Positions 27,561 through 37,362 of a stretch of 64,000 nucleotides of DNA are shown here, piece by piece. The position numbers and the translations under genes were made by a program. Position 1 is the first letter of the stretch; every line of letters starts with the position of its first letter. The DNA comes from Clostridia bacterium (GTDB lineage: Bacteria > Bacillota > Clostridia > RUG12999), in the NCBI GenBank assembly GCA_017467445.1, contig JAFTSG010000005.1, positions 12,112-76,111 on the forward strand, read 5' to 3'. The notes beneath the pieces were generated by a model, which saw only the letters and a program-made list of their open reading frames with translations, did not search any database and was not told the DNA's origin.

Positions 27561-28691
27561 ATGACAGACATAAAATACTGGATATGGTTTGCACTTTGCA
27601 GTCGCGAAAAGCTTCGACTTGCACGAAAGCTTTTTAGCGCAGTCGGAAGTGTTGAAACCATATATAACTATACCGAATCCGATTATATAAACATAGGTAT
27701 TACTGATATTGAATATCTTTCAAAGCTTTGCAATAAATCTATGGACGCTTCTTTCCGCGAGATGTTTTTTGCCCAGCAGTACGGCGTAGAGTTTATTACA
27801 ATAGAATCCGAAAAATATCCCGAAATGCTCCGGCATATCGGGGACCCGCCACTACTTCTTTATAAACGTGGCGAGCATTATCCCGTGCAGAATAAGCTTT
27901 GTATTGGTGTTATAGGTACACGTCATTCCAAAAAGGGTAACGATGTTGCGTTTAACATTGCGCGTGACCTTTCACTTGCAGGCGTAAGTGTTGTTTCGGG
28001 AATGGCGCAGGGTATTGATACAATGGCGCATAACGGTGTTTTTGCCGGTGGCGGACACAGCATTGCCGTACTCGGCTCGGGTGTAAACAGACCTTACCCT
28101 GCCGAAAATAAAAAGCTTATGGTTTCTATAATGAACCACGGCTGCATTTTGTCTGAATATCCTTTTGATACCGCCCCTCTCGGTTATCATTTTCCCGAAC
28201 GCAACCGTATTTTAAGCGGACTTTGTCACGGTGTTATTGTTGTCGAAGCGCCCGCAAGAAGTGGTGCTCTCAGCAGTGCATCACACGCTGCCGACCAGGG
28301 TAGGGATGTGTTTGCATTCCCCGGTGATGAAAACGACCCTGCATTTGCAGGATGTCGCGCCCTTATTGCCGACGGCGCAAAAAAAGTAGGCTGTGTTAAA
28401 GATATTTTAGAAGAATATAAATCTGCATATCCGCAGTTTTTCAAGACTAAAACTTTTAAACAAAGTAATGCTTATTTTGAAATTCCCGATTCTCCTACAT
28501 ATGAATCACCGTTTTCGGATATTATTTTAGGCGCTCTTAAAGATGGTCCGAAAACAGCAGGCGAAATTGCCGAAATAACGCACTTGCCGCTTCCCAAGCT
28601 TAACGGACATATTACTCTTCTTGAGCTTGAAGGCACTATTATCCGCGTTCCGGGAACTCAAGCTTTTATGTCAGGAGATGATATTTTATGA
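27561..28691 (+). CDS. dprA: DNA-protecting protein DprA
   Basis: DPPLLLY, IGTR, VSGMAQGID, FPERNRILSG, SGAL; C-terminal wHTH. Confidence 0.94.
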   Translation: MTDIKYWIWFALCSREKLRLARKLFSAVGSVETIYNYTESDYINIGITDIEYLSKLCNKSMDASFREMFFAQQYGVEFITIESEKYPEMLRHIGDPPLLLYKRGEHYPVQNKLCIGVIGTRHSKKGNDVAFNIARDLSLAGVSVVSGMAQGIDTMAHNGVFAGGGHSIAVLGSGVNRPYPAENKKLMVSIMNHGCILSEYPFDTAPLGYHFPERNRILSGLCHGVIVVEAPARSGALSSASHAADQGRDVFAFPGDENDPAFAGCRALIADGAKKVGCVKDILEEYKSAYPQFFKTKTFKQSNAYFEIPDSPTYESPFSDIILGALKDGPKTAGEIAEITHLPLPKLNGHITLLELEGTIIRVPGTQAFMSGDDIL

Positions 28692-29347
28692 ATTTAACCA
28701 TTAGACTCAAAACCGTAGCCGACCTTGCAGGGAAATGCACATCCCTTGCCGATATAGGTACCGACCACGCATATATACCGATTTATCTTATGCAAAAAGG
28801 ACTTATTTCAAAAGCAATTGCGGCAGATATAAATGAAGGTCCGCTTGAAAGGGCAGATAAAAACATAAGAAAAGCAGGGCTTTCTGATAAAATTACTCTT
28901 CGTCTTTCCAACGGACTTGACAATATAAATGATAATGAAGCCGAAACCGTCGTCATTGCCGGAATGGGTGGCGAAATTATTTCGCGTATGCTTGAAAAAC
29001 CAAAGCCTGCTGGCATTAAAAGAATAGTTCTTCAGCCTATGACGGATATTCCGCTCGTAAGAAGAAAAATCCACGAAAACGGTATGATAATAACCGCTGA
29101 ACGTCTTGCCGCTGAAAAAGATAAAATATACACCGTTATCGCCTGCGAATACGGCACCTGTCAGCAGTTTTCGGATGAAGACTATATTGTATCCCCGTTT
29201 ATAAAAGATGACCCGATTTTTGACGAATATATCAAAAAACAGCTTGGCATATGCAAAAACAACCTTGAAAAAACAAAAAATGCGGAAAATAAAGAATTTT
29301 CCGCACAGTTTGAATATTTAATTTCTATATACCAAAAGTTTATTTGA
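28688..29347 (+). CDS. trmK: tRNA (adenine22-N1)-methyltransferase
   Basis: DIGTDHAYIP, DINEGP, IAGMGG, LQPM. Confidence 0.92.
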   Translation: MNLTIRLKTVADLAGKCTSLADIGTDHAYIPIYLMQKGLISKAIAADINEGPLERADKNIRKAGLSDKITLRLSNGLDNINDNEAETVVIAGMGGEIISRMLEKPKPAGIKRIVLQPMTDIPLVRRKIHENGMIITAERLAAEKDKIYTVIACEYGTCQQFSDEDYIVSPFIKDDPIFDEYIKKQLGICKNNLEKTKNAENKEFSAQFEYLISIYQKFI

Positions 29348-30005
29348 GTCCGTGTGGACAGTTTTTTACACAAATTCCGCACACTACTCCTCTGCCTATG
29401 TCCTTGAAATGCTCTTTCATATAAGTGGAACAGGCGTGTCTGTCCAGCGTATCGTCGGGATTGTCAAGTGAAAAGGACTTACCCGAAATTGCCATTGCCG
29501 GGCAAAGAGAGCGGCAGATATTGCAGTCGCCGCATAAATCCTCTTCAAACGGTGTCCCGCATTCAAGAGGCATATTTGTAAGTATCGACCCGAGTCTTAC
29601 TCTCGGGCCGTATTTTTTTGAAATAAAAAGCCCGCTTTTGCCGATGCCACCAAGACCCGCAAGCCGTGCTACGGTTTTATGCTGAAAAAGCCCCGTATAT
29701 CCGCCTATACTTTGCGATGCGGCAACAGGAATATAATCATACCCCTGCCGCTGAATTTCCATTCCCGCCATTAAAATAAGACGGTCAATAAACGCATTTA
29801 CGGTTCTGTAATGCTGAAAATATGTATGAGTGGGTTTATCCGTAATTCCGTCAACGGCGCCACCCGAAAGCCGCACAACAACGGAAATAGCATATTTATA
29901 TTTTTCCGCGCCTTCATAATGTTTAAGAAGCTCGCTCTGATGGCCGTCAATCAAGGCATAGCCCACTTCCGAAGCGCCGTTTTTAAGTAAAAATTCTTTT
30001 ATCAT
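29340..30005 (-). CDS. Epoxyqueuosine reductase (QueG)-like 4Fe-4S protein
   Basis: HKTVARLAGLG.IGKS, YGPRVRL, CGDCNICRSLCP, CGICVKNCP. Confidence 0.75.
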   Translation of the reverse strand: MIKEFLLKNGASEVGYALIDGHQSELLKHYEGAEKYKYAISVVVRLSGGAVDGITDKPTHTYFQHYRTVNAFIDRLILMAGMEIQRQGYDYIPVAASQSIGGYTGLFQHKTVARLAGLGGIGKSGLFISKKYGPRVRLGSILTNMPLECGTPFEEDLCGDCNICRSLCPAMAISGKSFSLDNPDDTLDRHACSTYMKEHFKDIGRGVVCGICVKNCPHGLK

Positions 30006-30013
30006 ATACCCAC

Positions 30014-30721
30014 CTATATTTCATAATCCAGATGAATTTTTATAAATTCTTTAATTAGCATATAAACATTTGCAAAATCTTCTTCTTCCGCTTTAAACGA
30101 AAACATCTTTTTTATGTCACAGTTTAAAATATATTCCATTACCTGCGCTGTTTGCGGCATTATCGGAATGGCATCAGGACACTCCAATGCACATTCCGTA
30201 CAGATAGTTCCGCCAAACGACGGCGAAAACCTGCCCGAATCCGTGCATCCGCACTCCATACACATTCCTACAATGGGTGAAAGCCCGAGACACTCACACG
30301 TTTTTGTATAAAACACCGCTTTTACCATCGCAAGAGATTTATTGTAATGCACAAGCGCATACAGCGTGTTGAGCGTTACACGCAGGAGGTCGCCGAGGTC
30401 TTCGCTCTCGTCACACGTAAAATTGATAAACTGCAGTATTTCCGATGCAAGGTTCAGTTTGTCCAAATCTTTTGTAAGGTCATAAAAGCTTTCTATAACC
30501 TCTGCCGAAGACAGTATGTACATACCGCCTTTGTCGTACAAAATATAGTCCCCGTATGAAAACAAAAGAGTTTGCGAGCTTTTTCCGTGGTTAATGCTTT
30601 TTCCGCCTTTAACCATAACGGAAATTTTGCCCGACTCCTGCGTAAGCACCGTCAGAATTTTATCGTATTCACCGTATGAAATGCTCTTCAGTACCAGTCC
30701 CCTGGTTTTTATCAGATTCAT
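30014..30721 (-). CDS. recO: DNA repair protein RecO
   Basis: GLVLKS..YGEYDKILTVLT..GKI; CxxC..CxxC zinc finger. Confidence 0.92.
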   Translation of the reverse strand: MNLIKTRGLVLKSISYGEYDKILTVLTQESGKISVMVKGGKSINHGKSSQTLLFSYGDYILYDKGGMYILSSAEVIESFYDLTKDLDKLNLASEILQFINFTCDESEDLGDLLRVTLNTLYALVHYNKSLAMVKAVFYTKTCECLGLSPIVGMCMECGCTDSGRFSPSFGGTICTECALECPDAIPIMPQTAQVMEYILNCDIKKMFSFKAEEEDFANVYMLIKEFIKIHLDYEI

Positions 30722-30821
30722 TTATTTCCTCCACACTTCCGGAAAGACCCTTATAAAACAAATAATCGTTTATGTTTCCGGTTTTGCAAAATATATCCCA
30801 GACTAAATCCTTAGTATCCAT
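30669..30821 (-). CDS. YqzL-like small protein (50 aa)
   Basis: Not in ORF track. MDTKDLVWDIFCKTGNINDYLFYK... fits the YqzL W..F..TG....YL.YK pattern; AAGGAG RBS; overlaps the recO start. Confidence 0.8.
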   Translation of the reverse strand: MDTKDLVWDIFCKTGNINDYLFYKGLSGSVEEINESDKNQGTGTEEHFIR

Positions 30822-30908
30822 AATCATTCTCCTTAAATTATTCTACCTTTATTATTTTCGCCTGTGCAATTAATATAAGTTAAAATGAATGGATATTAAC
30901 CCAAAATT

Positions 30909-32129
30909 TTACTGTTTATTCAGCAAAAGTACCTTTGATATATTATCCGGATTAAACAGATAAAGACAGTTTTCCACATCTTCCATAGAAAGATTTTCAA
31001 TTATTTTTATAACCTCGTCATCACTTACAATTTTGTTTCTTAAAATAAGCTGTTTGCCCGCTGTGGACATTCTGTTTCCCGCACTTTCGGAAGCAAGAAT
31101 TATCCCTGCTTTAAGGTGCTGTTTCATATCCTCAAATTCACGTTTTGTAATACCGCTTTTATGTATTTTATAAAGCTCATCTTCAATCATAGCTGATACT
31201 GCGACAATATTTTCGGCATTGCATCCTGCATAAATGGATGTGTATCCCCCGTTTTTAAATACGTTCGGGAAACTGTATACCGAATATGCAAGACCTTTTT
31301 CCTCCCTTATATGCTGGAAAAGACGCGAGCTCATACTGCCACCAAGAACGTTACATATAAGCGTATGTGCATACATTTTTTCGTCGTTATAGCAAAGTCC
31401 GGGCAGCCCAATTGCAATATGCGCCTGTTCAATATCCTTATACCGGATTATGCTGCCTTTGTTATATTCCGGTGTTGCCGTTACAAGATTTACGCTTTTT
31501 TCTTTTCTTATGCCGCCAAAATATTTTTCGCATTTTTCGGCGAGTTTATTTTCATCAAATGCTCCCGCAACCGAAATAACAATTTCGTCGGCACAGTAGC
31601 GAAGGTCCATATATTCTTTGATAATCTTTTTATCAAACGAATTTACACTCTCGTGTGAGCCGAGGATGTTCCAGCCGAGGCTGTGCCCTTCAAAACAAAT
31701 CCCCGCTAGAATATCGTGAGAGAGCTCTTCTGGATTATCCTCGTACATATCTATTTCTTCTTCAACTATTGTTTTTTCTGTCCCAATATCTTTCTTATCA
31801 AATTTTGAATTAATAATCATATCGGCAATAAGTTCAAGCGCAAAATCAAGGTCTTCGGCAAGGGTTTTTGAATATACGCAGGTACAGTCGTGCGCTGTAA
31901 ATGCATTAAGCTGACCGCCTGTTTTATCCATAGAAACCGCAATATCCTTTGCCGTTCGGGATGCCGTTCCTTTAAAGAGCATATGTTCAATAAAATGGGA
32001 TATACCCCAAAACTTTTCTGTTTCATTTATGGTGCCGCTGCCAATCCATACGCCAACGGACACGCTTTTTGAATGCGGCATTTTATCATGCACAAGCCTT
32101 ATTCCGCAATCAAGTTCTACTATTTTCAT
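30909..32129 (-). CDS. M16 family zinc peptidase (MlpA/YmxG-like)
   Basis: GISHFIEHMLFKGT, NAFT, GGSMSSRLFQHIREEKGLAYSVYS. Confidence 0.92.
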   Translation of the reverse strand: MKIVELDCGIRLVHDKMPHSKSVSVGVWIGSGTINETEKFWGISHFIEHMLFKGTASRTAKDIAVSMDKTGGQLNAFTAHDCTCVYSKTLAEDLDFALELIADMIINSKFDKKDIGTEKTIVEEEIDMYEDNPEELSHDILAGICFEGHSLGWNILGSHESVNSFDKKIIKEYMDLRYCADEIVISVAGAFDENKLAEKCEKYFGGIRKEKSVNLVTATPEYNKGSIIRYKDIEQAHIAIGLPGLCYNDEKMYAHTLICNVLGGSMSSRLFQHIREEKGLAYSVYSFPNVFKNGGYTSIYAGCNAENIVAVSAMIEDELYKIHKSGITKREFEDMKQHLKAGIILASESAGNRMSTAGKQLILRNKIVSDDEVIKIIENLSMEDVENCLYLFNPDNISKVLLLNKQ

Positions 32130-32145
32130 TTTTCTTTTTCCGCCT

Positions 32146-33618
32146 CTACATAAATGGTGTCAGGAGCCGCCACGCGGCCTCCTTCATCTTTTTAATTCGC
32201 CCTCGAGCGTTAAATTCCTCTACATTTATTTCATTCGAATGCGTTAAATCTTCAAAATATGCATTTTTACACCGAAGAGCAAATGTTGTATCATAAACAA
32301 GTGCCGTCATTTCAAAGTTTATCAAAAACGAGCGCATATCAAAATTTGCACTTCCTATTGCAGACACAAAATCATCTGCTACTATCATTTTTGAATGAAT
32401 AAAGCCTTCGTGAACATATACTTTTATACCGTAATTAAGAAGCTCGTCAATGTGCGACATTGTACCATAATAGACAAATCTTTTATCCGGCACACCGGGA
32501 ATAATTATCCGTACATCCACTCCTGACCGCGCCGCCATACGAAACGCCGAAAGAAGTGTTTCGTCCGGTGCAAGATACGGAGTTTCAATATATACATAAT
32601 CCTTTGCAGAAGACAGTATTTTAAGATACGCATCACGTATGGGCGCATTATTGGAGTCAGGTCCGGAGGATAAAATCTGCATACCCATATTGCCTGTAGT
32701 TTCGGGCACCTTGAAATATTTTTTTATATGCGGGAGATTATCAACTTTGGAGGAATATGCCCGCCTTTTTCCTGCCTGCTTGTCAAGATATTCCCAGTCA
32801 GATAAAAACCGTAGCTGAATAGATTGTACCGCCGAGCCGGTTATACGTATGGCACTATCCCGCCACGGATGCACTCTCGGGTCAAGCCCGAGATAATCAT
32901 CGCCAATGTTTATTCCGCCCGTATATGCTACAATCCCGTCAATAATAACCATTTTCCTGTGCATACGGTAATTTGCCTGAATAAGACTGCTGAATACATA
33001 AGGCAAAAAAGCATATACCATTCCACCGGCGTCTGTCAGTTCTTTAAAATCCTTTCGTCTGTTTTTCATTATGCCCAGTCTGTCATATATGAGGCGCACT
33101 TCCACACCCTCGCGCGCTTTTTTGGCAAGAAGTGAAATGAATTTTTTGCCTATATCATCTTTTGTTTTTATTATAAAATAAAGTACATTAATGCTTTCCT
33201 TTGCATTTTCTATTTCAGAAAACATCCGTTCATACTTTTCTTTTGCGCTTGTAAAAAGTGTTACATCATTGTCAGCCGAATATACCCCGCCGCCATTTTT
33301 GGCATTAAACTTTATCATATCCGCAAAATCGGGACTAACCTGCGTATTGCCTATTTCTATGCTTTCAATATTCTTTCGGAGTACCTGATTGAATCCTTCT
33401 TCCAGCTTTTTCAGACTGTACTTTTTTGAAAGAATTTTAAACTTGGTTGTACTTCCTACAAGGAAATAAAATATATATCCCACAAACGGCAAAAGCATAA
33501 ATATAAAAATCCATCCCATTGTGGATTTAACGTCTTTCTCCTTGAAAAAAACCATCCCTGCCACAACAACAATGTTTATAAGATATACAGTTGTTACAAT
33601 AAGTGCGTAAATATTCAT
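32146..33618 (-). CDS. cls: Cardiolipin synthase
   Basis: Two N-terminal TMs; HRKMVIID and HSKMIVAD HKD motifs. Confidence 0.93.
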   Translation of the reverse strand: MNIYALIVTTVYLINIVVVAGMVFFKEKDVKSTMGWIFIFMLLPFVGYIFYFLVGSTTKFKILSKKYSLKKLEEGFNQVLRKNIESIEIGNTQVSPDFADMIKFNAKNGGGVYSADNDVTLFTSAKEKYERMFSEIENAKESINVLYFIIKTKDDIGKKFISLLAKKAREGVEVRLIYDRLGIMKNRRKDFKELTDAGGMVYAFLPYVFSSLIQANYRMHRKMVIIDGIVAYTGGINIGDDYLGLDPRVHPWRDSAIRITGSAVQSIQLRFLSDWEYLDKQAGKRRAYSSKVDNLPHIKKYFKVPETTGNMGMQILSSGPDSNNAPIRDAYLKILSSAKDYVYIETPYLAPDETLLSAFRMAARSGVDVRIIIPGVPDKRFVYYGTMSHIDELLNYGIKVYVHEGFIHSKMIVADDFVSAIGSANFDMRSFLINFEMTALVYDTTFALRCKNAYFEDLTHSNEINVEEFNARGRIKKMKEAAWRLLTPFM

Positions 33619-33635
33619 AGTCTCTTCCTAAACAA

Positions 33636-33666
33636 TTTGGCGACTGAACATTTTCAGCCGCCAAAC
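33636..33666 (-). terminator. Hairpin downstream of the EF-G paralogue
   Basis: TTTGGCGACTGAA..TTCAGCCGCCAAA imperfect inverted repeat. Confidence 0.55.
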
Positions 33667-33672
33667 TTATCT

Positions 33673-35709
33673 TTAACCTTTGTTTTCTTCTATTATCTTC
33701 TGTACAACTGCCGGAGGTGCCTGTTCATAACGTTCAAATTCAAACGTATAGCTACCTCTGCCCTGTGTCATTGATCTGAGGTCAATGGCATATCTGTACA
33801 TTTCGCTCATCGGGATTTCGGCAATTACTCTGCCCGGTTCAATACCAAGCACTCTGCCGCGTTTTTTATTTATATTACCCATGATGTCGCCCGTAAATTC
33901 ATCCGGAATTTCAACTTCAAGATGTCCTATCGGTTCAAGAATAATCGGGCCGGCATTTACAAGCTCCTTAAATGCAAGGTGTGCCGCCATTTTAAACGCC
34001 ATTTCAGAAGAGTCAACGTCGTGGTATGAACCGTCATAAAGTGTTGCTTTTACGCCAACAACCTTATATCCTGCCTGAATACCTTCCGACATCATTTCCT
34101 GAAGTCCTTTTTCTACTGCAGGATGGAAGTTTTTAGGTACGCTACCGCCGAAGATATTTTCTGCAAATACAAGACCTTCGCTATCGCAGGGTTCAAACTC
34201 AATTTTAACGTGACCATACTGACCGTGTCCGCCGGACTGTTTCTTGTGTTTACCCTCGGCCTGGATTTTCTTTGTTATTGTTTCTCTGTAAAGTACTTTC
34301 GGCTGAGAAAGTTCAACGTCTGTTCCCATAGCTTTAAGTCTGCTTACAACAATATCAATATGCTGGTCGCCAAGGCCTGATACAAGAAGCTGTTTGATTT
34401 CAGAATTATTTTCAAATTTAAGAGTTTTATCTTCTTCAAGAAGCTTCTGCATACCTGAGCTGATTTTTTCTTCATCACCTCTTGCTTTCGGCGAAATTGC
34501 CATTGTATAAACAGCAGGTGAGAATTCTATTTCATCAAACTTGTATGCTTTCCCCTGTGTTGTAAATGTATCGCCTGTTTCGGTATCTGTAAGTTTTGCA
34601 ACTGCAAAAATATCACCTGCGCATACTTTTTCAAGCTCAATTTTTTCTTTACCGCAAAGTGTCATTACCGAACCGATTTTTTCTGTCATTGCTTTATTTA
34701 CATTATAAAGACTTGCGTTTTTACCTACGCTGCCGGAATATACACGAACAAGTGAAAGTTTTCCAACAAACGGATCAATAATTGTTTTGAATACCTGTGC
34801 TGCAAGTGGCTTATCATCGCCAAATTCAATTTCGGCAATTTCTTCACCAAGCATTGCAGATTTTGCGGGCATATCTTCAGGTGACGGTGCAAAGAGCACA
34901 AGGTTATCCATAAGACCTACAACACCTTTGTTGCTTGTTGCACTACCGCACATAATCGGGTATATGCTTCTTTCAATTACTGCTTTGTAAATACCGCTTT
35001 TTAAATCTTCATATGTAAACGGCTGGTCGGAGAAGAATTTTTCAAGAAGTTCTTCGTCCGCTTCCGCAATAAGCTCACAAATTGCACCTTTTACATCCTG
35101 TGCCTGAGCGTAATATTCTTCCGGAATATCTGTAACACGTTTTTTGTCGCCTTCAAACATATAGGCTTTATTTTCAACAACGTCTACATATCCTTTGTAT
35201 TCAGCATCTTCAAAAACAGGTATCTGTATCGGCACAGCTTTTGGACCGAATACACCCTGCATAGCTTCAACAACTTTATCGAAATGAGAGTTTTCATGGT
35301 CAACCTTATTTACGTAGAACATTACAGGAAGACTCTGTTTTTCAGCCTTTTTAAAAGCAATTTCAGTTCCAACGCCAACACCGGATTTTCCACTTAAAAC
35401 AATAAGTCCCAAATCAGCTGCAGAAATTGCGCTGTCCATTTCACCTACAAAATCAAAATAACCGGGAGTATCTATAATATTAAGCTTATGACCCGACCAC
35501 TCAAGAGCAACAAGAGAGGAGCGAATCGAAAAGTTTCTTTTCACTTCTTCAGAATCATAGTCACATACAGTATTTCCATCTTCTACTTTACCAATTCTGG
35601 AAATTACACCCGCATTGTAAGCCATTGCTTCAGCAAGTGATGTTGTTCCTGCTTTACTGTGTGATAATAAAGCTATGTTTCTGATTTTTTTCCCTTCATA
35701 AATGTTCAT
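33673..35709 (-). CDS. Elongation factor G paralogue (EF-G2 type), outside the str operon
   Basis: IRNIA, DTPGY, NKVD, KQSGGHGQYG, DGSYHDVDSSEMAF, LRSMTQGRG. Confidence 0.93.
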   Translation of the reverse strand: MNIYEGKKIRNIALLSHSKAGTTSLAEAMAYNAGVISRIGKVEDGNTVCDYDSEEVKRNFSIRSSLVALEWSGHKLNIIDTPGYFDFVGEMDSAISAADLGLIVLSGKSGVGVGTEIAFKKAEKQSLPVMFYVNKVDHENSHFDKVVEAMQGVFGPKAVPIQIPVFEDAEYKGYVDVVENKAYMFEGDKKRVTDIPEEYYAQAQDVKGAICELIAEADEELLEKFFSDQPFTYEDLKSGIYKAVIERSIYPIMCGSATSNKGVVGLMDNLVLFAPSPEDMPAKSAMLGEEIAEIEFGDDKPLAAQVFKTIIDPFVGKLSLVRVYSGSVGKNASLYNVNKAMTEKIGSVMTLCGKEKIELEKVCAGDIFAVAKLTDTETGDTFTTQGKAYKFDEIEFSPAVYTMAISPKARGDEEKISSGMQKLLEEDKTLKFENNSEIKQLLVSGLGDQHIDIVVSRLKAMGTDVELSQPKVLYRETITKKIQAEGKHKKQSGGHGQYGHVKIEFEPCDSEGLVFAENIFGGSVPKNFHPAVEKGLQEMMSEGIQAGYKVVGVKATLYDGSYHDVDSSEMAFKMAAHLAFKELVNAGPIILEPIGHLEVEIPDEFTGDIMGNINKKRGRVLGIEPGRVIAEIPMSEMYRYAIDLRSMTQGRGSYTFEFERYEQAPPAVVQKIIEENKG

Positions 35710-35891
35710 TCCAAATCATCTCCGTTTCTAATTTCCAATGCTTTACATAAGCTATATATCTATTATAACATATTTAAACAATGTTGTATTTAGCATTTAT
35801 GTACAATGATTTGAAAATTAAATAAGCATTTTGACTAAATTTATCAAAAAATTGTGTACAATTTGTCGTTTTTTATGCAATATGTACAAAA

Positions 35892-36653
35892 TTATTCGTT
35901 CCAAACGGCACTTTGGACCCTGTTTCTGCGTTTATATTTAAGCTTTTTAACGAAATTTTCATCTTCCTTTGAAAGCTTTACTTTGCGCAGTAAATCAGGG
36001 CGTTTAAGCCACGTTCTGAAAAGAGATTGTTTGCGTTTCCATTTTTCAATATTTTTATGGTGCCCCGAAAGAAGAACATCGGGCACTTTTTTGCCAAGTA
36101 TAGTTTCGGGACGGGTATAGTTAGGATATTCAAGAAGTCCGTTATAATGCGATTCTTCGGAATATGCCTCCTCACCGGGAAGGACGCCCGGCACAAGACG
36201 GGACACCGCATCAATCATTGCCATTGCCGGAATTTCGCCGCCGGTAAGAACATAGTCGCCGATTGATACTTCCATATCAACAACCTCTTCAATTACTCTT
36301 TCATCAATACCCTCGTAATGACCGCAAATAATCACAAGCTCGTCATATGAGGATAGTTGCTGTACCAGCTGCTGATTAAGCGGTTTGCCCTGTGGTGACA
36401 TATACACAGTAAATTTCTTTTTTTCGCCGCAAACACTTTTCCACGCATCATAAATAGGCTGCACCGCCATTACAAGACCTGTGCCGCCGCCATAAGCATA
36501 GTCATCCACTCTGCCGTGTTTGTCGTTTGTGAAATCTCTTATATTGACATAATTGAACGAAAGTATTCCCTTTTTTTCTGCTCTGCCGATTATGCTTTCT
36601 TCAAGCACACCCTTGAACATATCGGGAAAAAGAGTAAGTATGTTGAATTTCAT
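35892..36653 (-). CDS. trmD: tRNA (guanine37-N1)-methyltransferase
   Basis: ILTLFP, DDYAYGGG, SPQG, CGHYEGIDER, SIGDYVLTGGE. Confidence 0.97.
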   Translation of the reverse strand: MKFNILTLFPDMFKGVLEESIIGRAEKKGILSFNYVNIRDFTNDKHGRVDDYAYGGGTGLVMAVQPIYDAWKSVCGEKKKFTVYMSPQGKPLNQQLVQQLSSYDELVIICGHYEGIDERVIEEVVDMEVSIGDYVLTGGEIPAMAMIDAVSRLVPGVLPGEEAYSEESHYNGLLEYPNYTRPETILGKKVPDVLLSGHHKNIEKWKRKQSLFRTWLKRPDLLRKVKLSKEDENFVKKLKYKRRNRVQSAVWNE

Positions 36654-36713
36654 TTTTTGTCTTTCCTTTAAATATAAATTCTGCAGTTGCCGCAATGGGC
36701 AACTGCAGTTTTC

Positions 36714-37289
36714 TTATGCTTTTCTTGCTTTTAAAACTCTAACAATTATCGGACTAAGGACAGCATTTACTACCATTTCAAGTATAAAGTTTATTCCGAT
36801 AAACACAAATATAACAAATTGTGCAGCATTTCCCGCAAAACTCATTTCTGCTATCTTTGCTTCTATAAACGGCACAAAAAACGCCATACAACCAAGGAAA
36901 AATATTCCCGTATTGACTATAGGACATACAATTGCTGACGCTATTACAGCAACATAAATGTTCTTTTTCTTAAGAAGATTGAATACCCATGCCGCCGCAA
37001 TGCCGCAAAGTATTCCTTTTGCAAGAACAACAACTACTGTTGCTATCGGATTAACCGCAAGAAATGCCGCCGAATCCATTCCTAGCACAACGCATCCGGA
37101 GACAAATCCAAGCCATGCACCAACACCAACTCCGCAAAGGGCTGCACCAATTACAATAGGCACAAGAGAAAGATTAATTGTAAAAAAACCAAATCTTCCG
37201 CATATTGACGCCACAAGCTGTAGCACAATTACAAGTGCCGTAAGTATTGCACCCAATACCATTTTTTCTGTTGACATTTTTCTTTCCAT
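36714..37289 (-). CDS. ECF transporter S component, probably pantothenate-specific (PanT-like)
   Basis: LSLVPIVIGA..G..LG; PIVNTGIF; about 6 TMs; directly downstream of coaX. Confidence 0.75.
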   Translation of the reverse strand: MERKMSTEKMVLGAILTALVIVLQLVASICGRFGFFTINLSLVPIVIGAALCGVGVGAWLGFVSGCVVLGMDSAAFLAVNPIATVVVVLAKGILCGIAAAWVFNLLKKKNIYVAVIASAIVCPIVNTGIFFLGCMAFFVPFIEAKIAEMSFAGNAAQFVIFVFIGINFILEMVVNAVLSPIIVRVLKARKA

Positions 37290-37306
37290 TTCAAAAATTC
37301 CTCCTT

Positions 37307-37334
37307 GCTGTCGCTCCCTTATGGGATGCAACGC
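37307..37334 (-). promoter_or_regulatory. pan RNA motif-like hairpin with two bulged adenosines
   Basis: GC-GUUGC-[A]-UCCC-AUAA-GGGA-GCGAC-[A]-GC immediately 5' of the AAGGAGG RBS. Confidence 0.6.
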
Positions 37335-37362
37335 ATAAATTTTTATATAAAGCCTTAAGGCG

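Noticed and set aside
29340-29347. 8-nt convergent overlap of trmK and the QueG-like gene
   Set aside because: Short tail-to-tail overlaps are common, and nothing supports antisense regulation.
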